Below, in pieces: positions 17,939 through 26,579 of a stretch of DNA of 31,259 nt (position 1 is the stretch's first letter; every line of letters starts with the position of its first letter). A program made the position numbers and the translations under genes. This DNA comes from a virus (taxonomy: Duplodnaviria > Caudoviricetes). The notes below the pieces were generated by a model. That model had not been told where the DNA came from. It worked only from the letters and a program-made list of their open reading frames with translations, and ran no database searches. The stretch spans positions 1-31,259 of IMG/VR virus record IMGVR_UViG_3300012667_000404. The stretch is one strand, 5' to 3'.

Positions 17939-18552
17939 GCCTGATTAACTTTCAGAAAAAGATCGGAGTGACGGCAGATGGTGCGTTTGGTCCGGGAACT
18001 TTTAAGCGCGGTGCTGCTTTCTATAAGCTATCACCAAATCGCGCTGCGCATTTTTTTGCTCAAACGGCGCACGAAAGCGGGAATTTCAAGACCTTCTCGG
18101 AGAATTTGAATTATAGCGCCAAAGGGCTTCGCGGCACGTTTGGCAAGTATTTCCCTACCAACCTTTCAGCGCAGATGTATGCGCGCCAGCCGCAGAGGAT
18201 AGCCAATCGCGTCTATGCCAATCGCATGGGCAACGGAGACGCGGCCAGTGGCGACGGCTGGAAGTATCGCGGGCGCGGGGCGCTCCAATTGACTGGCAAG
18301 GAAAATTATGAAGCCTTTGCAAACTACATCGGTCGTCCCGACATCATGTCCAACCCTGATCTGGTTTCTGGTGAACTCTGCTTTGAGAGCGCGCTGTGGT
18401 TCTTCGACAAAAACAGGCTGTGGTCAATCTGCGACCAAGGCATCAACGAAAGGGCCATTCACGCCCTAAGCTCTCGGATCAACGGCAGCAAAAACCCGCA
18501 CGGCCTTGATGATCGACGGGCCAAGACCAAGAAGTTTGCAACATGGGCCTGA
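17935..18552 (+). CDS. endolysin, glycoside hydrolase family 19 with short N-terminal PG-binding element
   Basis: FFAQTAHESG, ENLNYS, YANRMGNG, DGWKYRGRGALQLTGKENY, RING; N-terminal FQKKIGVTADGAFGPGT. Confidence 0.92.
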   Translation: MSLINFQKKIGVTADGAFGPGTFKRGAAFYKLSPNRAAHFFAQTAHESGNFKTFSENLNYSAKGLRGTFGKYFPTNLSAQMYARQPQRIANRVYANRMGNGDAASGDGWKYRGRGALQLTGKENYEAFANYIGRPDIMSNPDLVSGELCFESALWFFDKNRLWSICDQGINERAIHALSSRINGSKNPHGLDDRRAKTKKFATWA

Positions 18553-18944
18553 TGCCCAATCCCTTAATGCTTTACGCAGCGGCTGGCGCTTTGGTTGTCG
18601 GCGCGGCTGCTGGCTACAAGGTGCGCGACTGGCAATGTGACGCAGCATATTCCAAGGCTTTAGAGAAAGCCGAGAAGGAACGTGCAGCCAAGGAAAAGGT
18701 GGTCTTTGATGTTTCCGAAGTTTACGAGGAAGAACGCAATCAAGCCAATGTCGTGGCAACCGAGCGGACCAACACCATACGCGAAATATACAAAACGGCT
18801 CCTGCCGTTCCTGTTGATTGCAGTCCTCCTAATGGTGTTGGCCGGTTGCTCGAAAGCAGTATCAGTGACGCCAATGCCGCGTCCTCCGGCAAATCTGGCG
18901 GCGAATTGTCCGCTGCTGCCCAGCCCGCCAGCCCTGTTGACTGA
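18552..18944 (+). CDS. i-spanin (Rz-like)
   Basis: N-terminal TM, coiled coil and C-terminal Cys; follows the endolysin. Confidence 0.8.
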   Translation: MPNPLMLYAAAGALVVGAAAGYKVRDWQCDAAYSKALEKAEKERAAKEKVVFDVSEVYEEERNQANVVATERTNTIREIYKTAPAVPVDCSPPNGVGRLLESSISDANAASSGKSGGELSAAAQPASPVD

Positions 18945-19053
18945 CCCCGACCGAGCGGTCTGGGAGGCTGACATTATTGCTAAATATGCCGACTGTAGTG
19001 TCAAGCATCGCTTGACAGTGCAAGCATGGTTGAAGGCTTTGGAAGCCAAATAA
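18748..19053 (+). CDS. o-spanin (Rz1-like lipoprotein), overlapping Rz
   Basis: KRLLPFLLIAVLLMVLAG-C lipobox; Pro-rich mature part with two further Cys; start codon uncertain. Confidence 0.8.
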   Translation: MSWQPSGPTPYAKYTKRLLPFLLIAVLLMVLAGCSKAVSVTPMPRPPANLAANCPLLPSPPALLTDPDRAVWEADIIAKYADCSVKHRLTVQAWLKALEAK

Positions 19054-19064
19054 AGGAACCGGAT

Positions 19065-20060
19065 ATGCCAGCAGCTAATGTCACAGATGAAGAATTTATC
19101 GTCGCTTGGGAGCGCGGACAGGGCAGCCCGATTAAGGTTGCAGCCATTCTTGGCATCAAAGAGCGCGGGGTCTATTCGAGGCGGGAGCGATTGGCACAAC
19201 GCGGCATCGTCCTGAAAAGCATTCCATCAGACGGCAGGCCGACCAAATGGACATCTGACGACACTGGGCGCGCATACAAGCGGCAGATCGACCTAAGCAT
19301 TGATACCGGCACGGTGCTTGCCTTCTCTGACGCGCATTTTTGGCCCAATCAGAAGCGCACAGTTGCCAACGAGGCTCTGCTGCTGCTGATCGAGGAATTT
19401 AAGCCGAGGGCCATCTTTGCCAATGGCGACTTATTCGACGGCGCAAGGGTCAGCCGTCATGCGCCTTTGGGCTGGGCTGAATTGCCTTCGGTCAAGGAGG
19501 AGTTGGAAACCTGCCAAGACCGCATTGATGAAATTGAGCAGCGGTTGCCCAAGGGATGCCACAAACTTTGGAACGTGGGCAACCATGATGCGCGCTTCGA
19601 CCGCGCCCTTTGTGTTGGCGCTGCGGAATATGATGGCGTTGTGCAGCGGCTAGAGGAGAAATTTAGCCGCTGGGATTTCACTTGGTCCACGATGATTAAC
19701 GAAAACGTGATGATCAAGCATCGCTACCACAACGGCATTCATGCAGCATATAACAATGCCCTTAAATCCGGTCGCTCAATCGTCACAGGACACCTTCACC
19801 GACTGGCCGTGACACCTTGGGCCGATTACAACGGCAGGCGCTATGGCGTTGATACAGGGACGCTCTCAAACCCGCATGGCCCGCAATTCGACTATGCCGA
19901 GAACAATCCATCCCCGCACACTTCGGGCTTCGCTGTCCTGACGTTTAAGGACGGCTTGCTGCTGCCGCCTGAGTTGGTCGAAGTCATCAATGGCCGCGCA
20001 TATTTTCGCGGCGAATGCGTCTTTGACGGAGGGGTGGACGATGACGATTTCGGCAATTGA
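19065..20060 (+). CDS. calcineurin-like metallophosphoesterase with N-terminal HTH-like region
   Basis: All five motifs present: SDAH, NGDLFD, GNHD, KH, TGHLH. Confidence 0.88.
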   Translation: MPAANVTDEEFIVAWERGQGSPIKVAAILGIKERGVYSRRERLAQRGIVLKSIPSDGRPTKWTSDDTGRAYKRQIDLSIDTGTVLAFSDAHFWPNQKRTVANEALLLLIEEFKPRAIFANGDLFDGARVSRHAPLGWAELPSVKEELETCQDRIDEIEQRLPKGCHKLWNVGNHDARFDRALCVGAAEYDGVVQRLEEKFSRWDFTWSTMINENVMIKHRYHNGIHAAYNNALKSGRSIVTGHLHRLAVTPWADYNGRRYGVDTGTLSNPHGPQFDYAENNPSPHTSGFAVLTFKDGLLLPPELVEVINGRAYFRGECVFDGGVDDDDFGN

Positions 20061-20364
20061 GTTTCTCGAAAGGGCCGCCGACTTGATGTTGGAGCGCGGC
20101 AAGGAATACGACAGCCCGGACGGCGAAAGAAGCATGGAGCGCACGGTCTTTGCGTTCAACGTCCTGACCGGCAATATTCTATCGGAACAAGACGGCTGGC
20201 TATTTATGCTGCTGCTGAAATTGTCGCGGCAGCAGAATTCAACCGAATGGCACAAAGACAGCTCGGAGGATGCCATAGCTTATGCCGCTTTGCTGGCTGA
20301 GGCTTGGCAAAATGCCGAAACTGCAAAAGATGAAATCATATTCACAGCCGACGAAAGCGATTGA
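20041..20364 (+). CDS. DUF6378-like helical protein
   Basis: ERGKEYD, FMLLLKLSR, DSSEDAIAYAAL pattern. Confidence 0.7.
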   Translation: MTISAIEFLERAADLMLERGKEYDSPDGERSMERTVFAFNVLTGNILSEQDGWLFMLLLKLSRQQNSTEWHKDSSEDAIAYAALLAEAWQNAETAKDEIIFTADESD

Positions 20365-20365
20365 T

Positions 20366-20650
20366 ATGGCTAAAGATCCGCGCCTTACCAAATTGGGCTT
20401 GGAGGGCTTCAACAAGCCCAAAAGGACGCCCAGCCATCCGACGAAGAGCCATGTGGTCGTTGCCAAGTCTGGCGACACCATCAAGACCATTCGCTTCGGC
20501 CAGCAAGGCGTCAAAGGTTCGCCACCAAGGGAAAGCGAAAGCAAGGCGGACAAGGAGCGCAGGGCAGCATTTAAAGCGCGCCACGCTAAGAATATTGCCA
20601 AGGGCAAGCTGTCGGCTGCCTATTGGAGCGACAAGGAAAAATGGAGTTAA
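20366..20650 (+). CDS. conserved basic phage hypothetical protein
   Basis: KPKRTPSHPTKSHVV..KTIRFGQQG..RRAAFKARH..SAAYW. Confidence 0.75.
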   Translation: MAKDPRLTKLGLEGFNKPKRTPSHPTKSHVVVAKSGDTIKTIRFGQQGVKGSPPRESESKADKERRAAFKARHAKNIAKGKLSAAYWSDKEKWS

Positions 20651-20652
20651 TC

Positions 20653-20802
20653 ATGCCGCTAAAAATGGGTTATTCGCAGAAAAGCATCACCGCCAACATC
20701 CGCGAAGAATTGAAGCGCGGCAAGCCTCAAAAGCAGGCTGTGGCGATTGCGCTTTCGACCGCTGAGGAAGCCCGCAAGAAGGCCAAGAAGCGCAAGAAGT
20801 AG
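20653..20802 (+). CDS. small basic phage protein, 49 aa (not in ORF track)
   Basis: MPLKMGYSQKSITANIREELKRGKPQKQAVAIALSTAEEARKKAKKRKK; GGAG RBS. Confidence 0.75.
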   Translation: MPLKMGYSQKSITANIREELKRGKPQKQAVAIALSTAEEARKKAKKRKK

Positions 20803-20895
20803 GGCGATGGTGCAACCTGTGATGTTGGCAAGGGGAAAGGGTGCTGCTGAGGCTCACAGCTATCACAATTCCCACCACCGCCCCGGCAGTGCAGC

Positions 20896-21093
20896 CTAAG
20901 CTGCTTTCCTGCCTTCGCGGGCCTCTACCGCGTTACGCAAACTCTCTGGCCGGACTATCCATGTTTTTGTGGTTTCCCGATAATCCGAGCATAACATTTT
21001 GATTTGCAATTCGACAGCCATCATCTGCGCTTTGAGTTTGTCATGCTTGGCGAATGCGGCCTTGGCGCGCTTTAGGATTTCTGCCTCCGTCAT
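20896..21093 (-). CDS. hypothetical protein
   Basis: ATGA-coupled last gene of the leftward operon. Confidence 0.65.
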   Translation of the reverse strand: MTEAEILKRAKAAFAKHDKLKAQMMAVELQIKMLCSDYRETTKTWIVRPESLRNAVEAREGRKAA

Positions 21094-21458
21094 CGTCCCG
21101 TCTCCGGGCAAACGAGATCAGCGCCAAAGGCATAACGCCTTGCTTCGATTTGTTCCCAAGGCTCCATTTTGCGATGCGTCTTGCCTGTCCGCAGGATAGC
21201 AGCGCACAGCTTTCTTGAGCCTTCCTTAAAATCCTCATTCTGCCGAAACGTGATATAATCCTTCGACGGCGGCTGCTCATCCTTAACCGGCTTGGCCTTC
21301 GCCACTGAGACGCTGACTGTCGGATTGACCGACATCATGGTGCGGCGCAGCGTTGCAATGACTGTCGGGTGGCAACCGAAATGCGCACCAATCTGGGTGT
21401 CGCTATCCCCGGCTTGCAACCTCTCAATCAACTCAATTGCGTTAATCATTTTTGACAT
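21090..21458 (-). CDS. hypothetical protein with N-terminal HTH-like segment
   Basis: GDSDTQIGAHFGCHPTVIATLR; operon tiling. Confidence 0.6.
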   Translation of the reverse strand: MSKMINAIELIERLQAGDSDTQIGAHFGCHPTVIATLRRTMMSVNPTVSVSVAKAKPVKDEQPPSKDYITFRQNEDFKEGSRKLCAAILRTGKTHRKMEPWEQIEARRYAFGADLVCPETGR

Positions 21459-21461
21459 TCT

Positions 21462-21761
21462 CTATCCCCTTTTTCCGTGCAGGATTTCGGAAACCCTGCC
21501 CATGTTGATATTGTGCGCTTCTGCAATCTCTTGCTGGGAAGCGTCCGGGTGGTCTTGCGCATAAATGCGGACTGACCTTTTTATGTCATCTGTTATGCGG
21601 CGCGAGGTGACGGGCGCTCTGTCATACGCCCGCCGTTTCGTTTCCTCTGCTAATACGCCAATGCGCTTTGCGATTGCCCTAATGTGCTTGGCGGCTGCGT
21701 CAGCCTCAAGGGACAACTCAATCATTTCTTCCCGAATTTCGGGTATCGTCAACTTCCCCAT
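21462..21761 (-). CDS. HTH DNA-binding protein
   Basis: C-terminal ASQQEIAEAHNINMGRVSEILHG. Confidence 0.7.
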   Translation of the reverse strand: MGKLTIPEIREEMIELSLEADAAAKHIRAIAKRIGVLAEETKRRAYDRAPVTSRRITDDIKRSVRIYAQDHPDASQQEIAEAHNINMGRVSEILHGKRG

Positions 21762-21771
21762 GACTTGCCTT

Positions 21772-22197
21772 TCACCAAGGAACTTCGTCCTCTAAATCCC
21801 AATCGGCTGGCCCTTGTGCCTGCTGGGCCTGCTGTCCGCCTTGGTCGCCTTCCTGCTTGCCACTGAGCATGACCAGCTTGGCGTCAAAGCCGGTTAGGAC
21901 AATCTCTGTCGAATAGCGGTCGTTCCCGTTCTGGTCCTGCCATTTGCGGGTGCGCATCTTGCCTGAGACAAACACCTTGCTACCTTTGCGCAGGTAACGC
22001 TCAACGACACCAACAAGGCCATCACTGGCGACGGAAACGCTAACCCATTCGGTGCGCTCTTTCTTTTCGCCGGTCGCCTTGTCCTTCCACGTTTCGGACA
22101 CGGCAAGGCGCAGGTTTGCAATGCGCCCGCCATTGTCAAATGACTTGATTTCAGGGTCAGCCCCAAGGTTACCGATAAATTGACACTGGTTAAACAT
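21772..22197 (-). CDS. ssb: single-stranded DNA-binding protein
   Basis: IGNLGADPE, YLRKGSKVFVSGKMRTRKWQD, acidic tail DEVPW. Confidence 0.96.
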   Translation of the reverse strand: MFNQCQFIGNLGADPEIKSFDNGGRIANLRLAVSETWKDKATGEKKERTEWVSVSVASDGLVGVVERYLRKGSKVFVSGKMRTRKWQDQNGNDRYSTEIVLTGFDAKLVMLSGKQEGDQGGQQAQQAQGPADWDLEDEVPW

Positions 22198-22200
22198 AGC

Positions 22201-22440
22201 TCAATCCAATCCCAAAGCGGCTTTATAGGTGTCGAGGATGGCTTCCATTTCGGCCCGGTCGTGGGCTTCCATTTTGCGCAACTTCACAATCTGGCGCATA
22301 ATTTTTGCGTCATATCCCCGCGCCTTGGCTTCGGCATAGACATCGTTGATGTCCTCTGTGATGCCCTGCTTTTCCGTTTCTAAATTCTCAATTCTCTCAA
22401 TGAGCAAACGCAATTCGTATGCTGCAACATTCTCACTCAT
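22201..22440 (-). CDS. gapR: GapR-like nucleoid-associated protein (DUF2312)
   Basis: ELRLLIERIENLETEK..DVYAEAKARGYDAKIMRQIVKLRK..YKAALG. Confidence 0.9.
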   Translation of the reverse strand: MSENVAAYELRLLIERIENLETEKQGITEDINDVYAEAKARGYDAKIMRQIVKLRKMEAHDRAEMEAILDTYKAALGLD

Positions 22441-22822
22441 AGTAATATCCTTTCTCTGTCCATTTCACGCCATGTTCAGCGCCATAGGCGTAAATGCATT
22501 CGATTAAGTCGCTGAAATCCTTCACATTTAGCGTCGAGGTTCTGGGTGCCAGTGCGACAACACCAGTGCCATCAAGGCTTGGTTCAAACTTAACTTTCTT
22601 GCCTATTTCTGCAAGGAATATTCCCTTCCACGTTTCATTGTCCAATTCGCGCCCCTGCGGCTTCTGGTCCCTCAAATCGCCAAGCATCGCATGAAGTTTG
22701 GCATTCTGCATCGTGGACCGATTGCGCGGGCTGATTTTGACCACACTGTCGTCAGGAGCCAAATCAATAAGGTTCTTGGCAAGCTGGCGCTGCTCGAAGC
22801 CTCTAAGAATGATCGTTTGCAT
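22433..22822 (-). CDS. ninB: NinB/Orf-like recombination mediator
   Basis: RSTMQNAKLHAML, WK.IF, RTSTLNVKDFSDLIECIYAYGAEHGVKW. Confidence 0.85.
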   Translation of the reverse strand: MQTIILRGFEQRQLAKNLIDLAPDDSVVKISPRNRSTMQNAKLHAMLGDLRDQKPQGRELDNETWKGIFLAEIGKKVKFEPSLDGTGVVALAPRTSTLNVKDFSDLIECIYAYGAEHGVKWTEKGYYYE

Positions 22823-23138
22823 ATATTTCCCAAAGCCTTTCAGCCTCTAAAAGTAGGTCGACGTTCCAGCGCAGCTTGAACCCAGCGTGGCCCAGAGCCT
22901 CAACCGAAACTGTCGGGCCATGCTGGATTAAATGGTGCATCGCACAAAGTGGCACGATGCGTTTGTGGCTGCGCGCAATCCGCTTATAACCATCGCTTGT
23001 CACATGATGCAGCGTTACCGGCTGGCGTCCGCAGGCGAGGCAGGACAATTCGGTTGCGACCCATTCCATAAACCGCTTTTCCTCGGCTGTTGGTGGTGCG
23101 CCCGCCTTTGGCTTCATGCGGCGATGATCGACCTTCAC
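22803..23138 (-). CDS. Zn-binding HNH-like putative nuclease (Ref/DUF968-like)
   Basis: CLACG..LHH..VPLCAMHH; GTG start overlaps the upstream stop. Confidence 0.7.
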   Translation of the reverse strand: MKVDHRRMKPKAGAPPTAEEKRFMEWVATELSCLACGRQPVTLHHVTSDGYKRIARSHKRIVPLCAMHHLIQHGPTVSVEALGHAGFKLRWNVDLLLEAERLWEIYANDHS

Positions 23139-23371
23139 GCGGCCAAATCCTCGGCCATCACGCCCTTGTAAATATACCGGGCAACGCTGCAATCCTCGCC
23201 AAACTGATTGGTGACATCAATGCGGTCTGTGTCGATCACGAAGCCCTTGCCGCGCAACTTGTAAACCGTATCAGCCAGCCGATAGATGCCGAGCATGGTC
23301 CAAGCCTGCATTGGCGTAATGGTGACGTGCTGCTTGAGATATTGCAGAAGGCGGTCTTGTTGGTTGCCCAT
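23135..23371 (-). CDS. winged-helix HTH protein
   Basis: QQDRLLQYL..ITPMQAW..GIYRLA..VYKLR..G..I.T..VARY. Confidence 0.8.
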   Translation of the reverse strand: MGNQQDRLLQYLKQHVTITPMQAWTMLGIYRLADTVYKLRGKGFVIDTDRIDVTNQFGEDCSVARYIYKGVMAEDLAA

Positions 23372-23372
23372 A

Positions 23373-23996
23373 TCACTTGCTCCTGATTGCGTTGATAGCG
23401 GCCAAATCCGCCGTGACCTCATCCAGAAATTCACCGATTGCAGCTTCCAATTCCGCAATGCGCTGATCGTCGCGCTCAACCCGCGCCACGAATAATTGCA
23501 AATCCTCCGGCAGCCTTGGGTCATAGGAAACAAAGTCGCACCATTTGCGGTTGGTGCAGGCCATTTGCCACTGCATCTGCGTTAGATATTTGGCTGGCAC
23601 TTTCTGACTGCGCAGCGTGGCAATGTGCGTGGCTGTGTTGGGGCATTTGATTTCGACCAAGCCGTCATCGCCCACCAGCCTGTCCGGGCTGGCATGGGTG
23701 GCCAGCAATGTCGGGTGGAAATAAAGCCCGCACGTCTCGACATCGTTGCCGGTCAAGAAGGCATAAGCGTTTGCTGCGTTGTCCTCTTGGTCGTTGCCCC
23801 ATTGCATCGCCGCGTTGCTGAAAGTCTCCTGCGGCGCTCCTGTAAGGCGTTCTGCAATGATGCGGGCCTTGAGGTTTTCGCGGGATGCGCCCCAGCCACC
23901 TTTAGTGGTGGCAAGGGCTTCGTTGATGGCACTGGCACCAAGAGAGCCGGCGCGGGCTTGCAGCCATTCAGGGCTGCCTTGCACGACATTAAGCAT
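23373..23996 (-). CDS. YqaJ / lambda-exonuclease family recombination nuclease
   Basis: QGSPEWLQAR, ASPDRLV, EIKCP, YLTQMQWQM, WCDFVSYDPR. Confidence 0.93.
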   Translation of the reverse strand: MLNVVQGSPEWLQARAGSLGASAINEALATTKGGWGASRENLKARIIAERLTGAPQETFSNAAMQWGNDQEDNAANAYAFLTGNDVETCGLYFHPTLLATHASPDRLVGDDGLVEIKCPNTATHIATLRSQKVPAKYLTQMQWQMACTNRKWCDFVSYDPRLPEDLQLFVARVERDDQRIAELEAAIGEFLDEVTADLAAINAIRSK

Positions 23997-24324
23997 GATA
24001 ACCTCCAAGCATTTCAAACGCTCTATCAACTGCGATTAAAGCGGCTTCTCTGCGTCGTTGCTGCGTAACTCGCCGCATTGTTTTGCCTTGTTCTTCTCTT
24101 GCCTCATCAATTGCAGCTTTATCTAACAATGGCATAATTCCTTGCATGACTGTGGCCAGCGTATGCAAAACGCTCATTGCGTCGCTTCTGTCCATTGTGC
24201 GCATAACGAGATCCGCACGCTGCAAATAATCCGCCCGAGCAGGCTCTGTTGCGTCTTCCCATTCGTCGCCATGATAATCTTTGAACAATGCCGCTGCGAT
24301 TGCCTCTTTCATCGGATTAAGCAT
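23989..24324 (-). CDS. hypothetical protein
   Basis: Tiles between ERF and the exonuclease with overlaps. Confidence 0.65.
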   Translation of the reverse strand: MLNPMKEAIAAALFKDYHGDEWEDATEPARADYLQRADLVMRTMDRSDAMSVLHTLATVMQGIMPLLDKAAIDEAREEQGKTMRRVTQQRRREAALIAVDRAFEMLGGYHA

Positions 24325-24943
24325 TATCGATCACCTTCTTTGCGAGAGCGGCCTTTGCATGGTCGAACTTATCGGCTGGAAGGGCGTTCAATGCCGCAAT
24401 CTTATAGAAGCGGCACATTCCGGCGATGTCTGTTCCGGTGCTTTCGATAAGCGCCTGCAATTCAAGGAACTGCTGCTGGTTTATAACCGGCGCAGATGGT
24501 GCTGGGGCTGACTTCACCTCATGGGTGTGACCATCTGCATCGTTATCGCCTTCTGTCGGGATGGCAAAAGTCAGAAATGCCACATATTTATAAGCGGCGC
24601 TCATCGCCTTGTTTGTTGATTTATCGCCGCTGTCCATCGCCTCACCAAAGGTTGAAGCAATGTGCTTGCTACCATCCTTGGCTGATACAAAATCAAATTC
24701 AGCATGGACGGTTGTGTAGAACAAAGCGCCACCATTTTTGCTTTGGCGCTCTGAAACCTGCCGGTTAATCATGCGAGGAATAATGACCAGACCATGCTCT
24801 GCCAACAATGGCGAAAGGGCGGCATAAACGTCATCAATGCCCCGAAACATATATCCAGTGCCTTGGGTGTTTTTCCTGTCTTTTGAAATGCCTGTTTTGG
24901 ACAAATCATGCTGGACGGCAGCAATTGCCTTGTAAACTTCCAT
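24317..24943 (-). CDS. erf: ERF-family ssDNA annealing protein
   Basis: YMFRGIDDV, GEAMDSGDKSTNKAMSAAYKY..FAIPTEGDNDAD. Confidence 0.88.
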   Translation of the reverse strand: MEVYKAIAAVQHDLSKTGISKDRKNTQGTGYMFRGIDDVYAALSPLLAEHGLVIIPRMINRQVSERQSKNGGALFYTTVHAEFDFVSAKDGSKHIASTFGEAMDSGDKSTNKAMSAAYKYVAFLTFAIPTEGDNDADGHTHEVKSAPAPSAPVINQQQFLELQALIESTGTDIAGMCRFYKIAALNALPADKFDHAKAALAKKVIDNA

Positions 24944-24944
24944 G

Positions 24945-25304
24945 TCAATTCCCCTTGAGATTAAGAGCGGCGAGAATGCGCTGGCTGCGGTCCTCTGTCG
25001 CCTGTGGTTTGGTCCAATCGCTATTGATTACGTCAGCGATGCGCTGGGCAATCTCACGTTCGCGGCTGGGGTGATGGAATGGGCTGTCTTGGCAAAACTC
25101 CAAGGCCACCATGCAAGCATAGCAGTCGCCGTTTGCGTCCATCAATTCGGAGCGCGCACCGCAATAGTCGCACGTCTCAACCTCAAATTCGCCGGAGCCA
25201 TCGCAGGTTGTGCAGCGCGCCTCATAAGGCCCATTGGAATTGTAATCTGTGAATGTGCCGCCATCGCAATCTTCGCAATCGCGGCGCGGAATTGGTCGTT
25301 TCAT
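24945..25304 (-). CDS. Zn-finger protein (DnaJ-type CxxCxGxG repeats)
   Basis: CEDCDGG, CTTCDGSG, CDYCG, CYAC; first gene of the leftward operon. Confidence 0.7.
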   Translation of the reverse strand: MKRPIPRRDCEDCDGGTFTDYNSNGPYEARCTTCDGSGEFEVETCDYCGARSELMDANGDCYACMVALEFCQDSPFHHPSREREIAQRIADVINSDWTKPQATEDRSQRILAALNLKGN

Positions 25305-25326
25305 GTAAACACCCTTTCGTTTCTTG

Positions 25327-25375
25327 CCCTCCCTTCATACAAAGCTGGTCAAGACGTTCAAGCGAAAAATGCAAT
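25327..25375 (-). promoter_or_regulatory. leftward early promoter
   Basis: Minus strand ATTGCATTTTTCGC-TTGAAC-N16-TATGAA; aligns without gaps to 27974-28022. Confidence 0.65.
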
Positions 25376-25435
25376 CGGGTTATATTTTTTTCAAATGGGC
25401 TAGACCTTCCATATAAGGACAGTTAGAGAGACGCC

Positions 25436-25648
25436 ATGACAAACGAAGTTGAAACACTGGTCCGACAAATCTTTGAGGACGCAGACCGCTATGGCATTCA
25501 CGCTTATGAGGTTGCAAAACGCGCCGGGGTTAGCCCCAATGGCATAAGCTACTGGCGCAATGGTCGCACGAAGCCCAGCTTGTCAGTCTACCTCAAGGTC
25601 CGCAAAGCCGCTGACGACCTGATTAGCGAAAAGTCCTCAATCAAATGA
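25436..25648 (+). CDS. Cro-like / XRE HTH regulator
   Basis: AYEVAKRAGVSPNGISYWRNGRTKPS; first gene of the divergent operon. Confidence 0.82.
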   Translation: MTNEVETLVRQIFEDADRYGIHAYEVAKRAGVSPNGISYWRNGRTKPSLSVYLKVRKAADDLISEKSSIK

Positions 25649-26052
25649 TGCGCTTTTTGCTGCCAGTCCCGCCATCCTCAAACATGGCTTACCGCAACGT
25701 CCCCGGAGTTGGCCGGGTGAAAACGAAGAGCCATATCGAATGGAAGCGCGGCGCGGGCATTATCGCAAAATTGCAATTCCGCCAGCAGGGGTCGCCGGTC
25801 ATCGCGCCAAAGACGCCATTCAAGGTGCTGTTGCTGGTCAACATCAACCGGCGCGGCGACATCATGAACCGCGAGAAGCTGCTGACTGATTTGTTTGTCG
25901 GTCTTGGGATGATACCCGACGACTGCTGGTGCGATGAATATATCGTCCGCCGTGACCCTTGCATTGATGGCTGCGAGGTTTTCATTGAGATTTTGGGGCC
26001 GAAGCAAGGCACCAACTCCGGCCCCGTCACGGGGAGTGACGACATTGGATAA
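25645..26052 (+). CDS. RusA-like Holliday junction resolvase
   Basis: LPVPPSSN..YR, RRGDIMNREKLLTDL..G.IPDD motifs. Confidence 0.72.
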   Translation: MMRFLLPVPPSSNMAYRNVPGVGRVKTKSHIEWKRGAGIIAKLQFRQQGSPVIAPKTPFKVLLLVNINRRGDIMNREKLLTDLFVGLGMIPDDCWCDEYIVRRDPCIDGCEVFIEILGPKQGTNSGPVTGSDDIG

Positions 26053-26464
26053 CACAGATTGTTGCACGATCACAAATCACAAAATGACAGGCTTGCACTG
26101 CATCGTCTGCGGCAGCCTCGAAATTGAGATGGACGAACAGGGCTGGCTTTGCTGCGACGGGTGTTGCAGCCTTTCACCGGAGGCGGTTAAGACTATGATA
26201 AGGCACGGAATTAAAGCGTTTTCGCCAAGCAAGATGCAAGCGGAAGCGACCAGAATTGCCAATGCGTATGGCTACACGATGGAGCAAATCAGGGGCGATG
26301 CGCGAGACGCTGCAATCTCGAAATGCAGGCGGCACATATTTTACGAACTGCGCCAGCGCGGCTTGCCGTTCTCGCAGATTGGCAAAATATGCAAAAAGGA
26401 TCACACCAGCGTAATGGCTGGCGTCCGCAAGGTTGAGGCAGAACTTGCCTTGGCCGTAAGTTGA
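26045..26464 (+). CDS. Cys-rich protein with DnaA C-terminal (domain IV)-like HTH
   Basis: SQIGKICKKDHTSVMAGVRKVE resembles DnaA GRDHTTV; N-terminal CIVC and CDGC; start uncertain. Confidence 0.7.
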   Translation: MDNTDCCTITNHKMTGLHCIVCGSLEIEMDEQGWLCCDGCCSLSPEAVKTMIRHGIKAFSPSKMQAEATRIANAYGYTMEQIRGDARDAAISKCRRHIFYELRQRGLPFSQIGKICKKDHTSVMAGVRKVEAELALAVS

Positions 26465-26475
26465 TGTAAAAAGGT

Positions 26476-26507
26476 GGGCGGGGAGCGTTGACGCGCTCGA
26501 CCCGCCC
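26476..26507 (+). promoter_or_regulatory. stem-loop upstream of the replication gene
   Basis: GGGCGGG-GAGCG / CGCTC-GA-CCCGCCC. Confidence 0.55.
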
Positions 26508-26579
26508 GTATCGCCGGAGAAGGAGACGACGACATGAAATTCTTTACACGCCCGCATTCCGTGACGCAAGCATAGCGGT

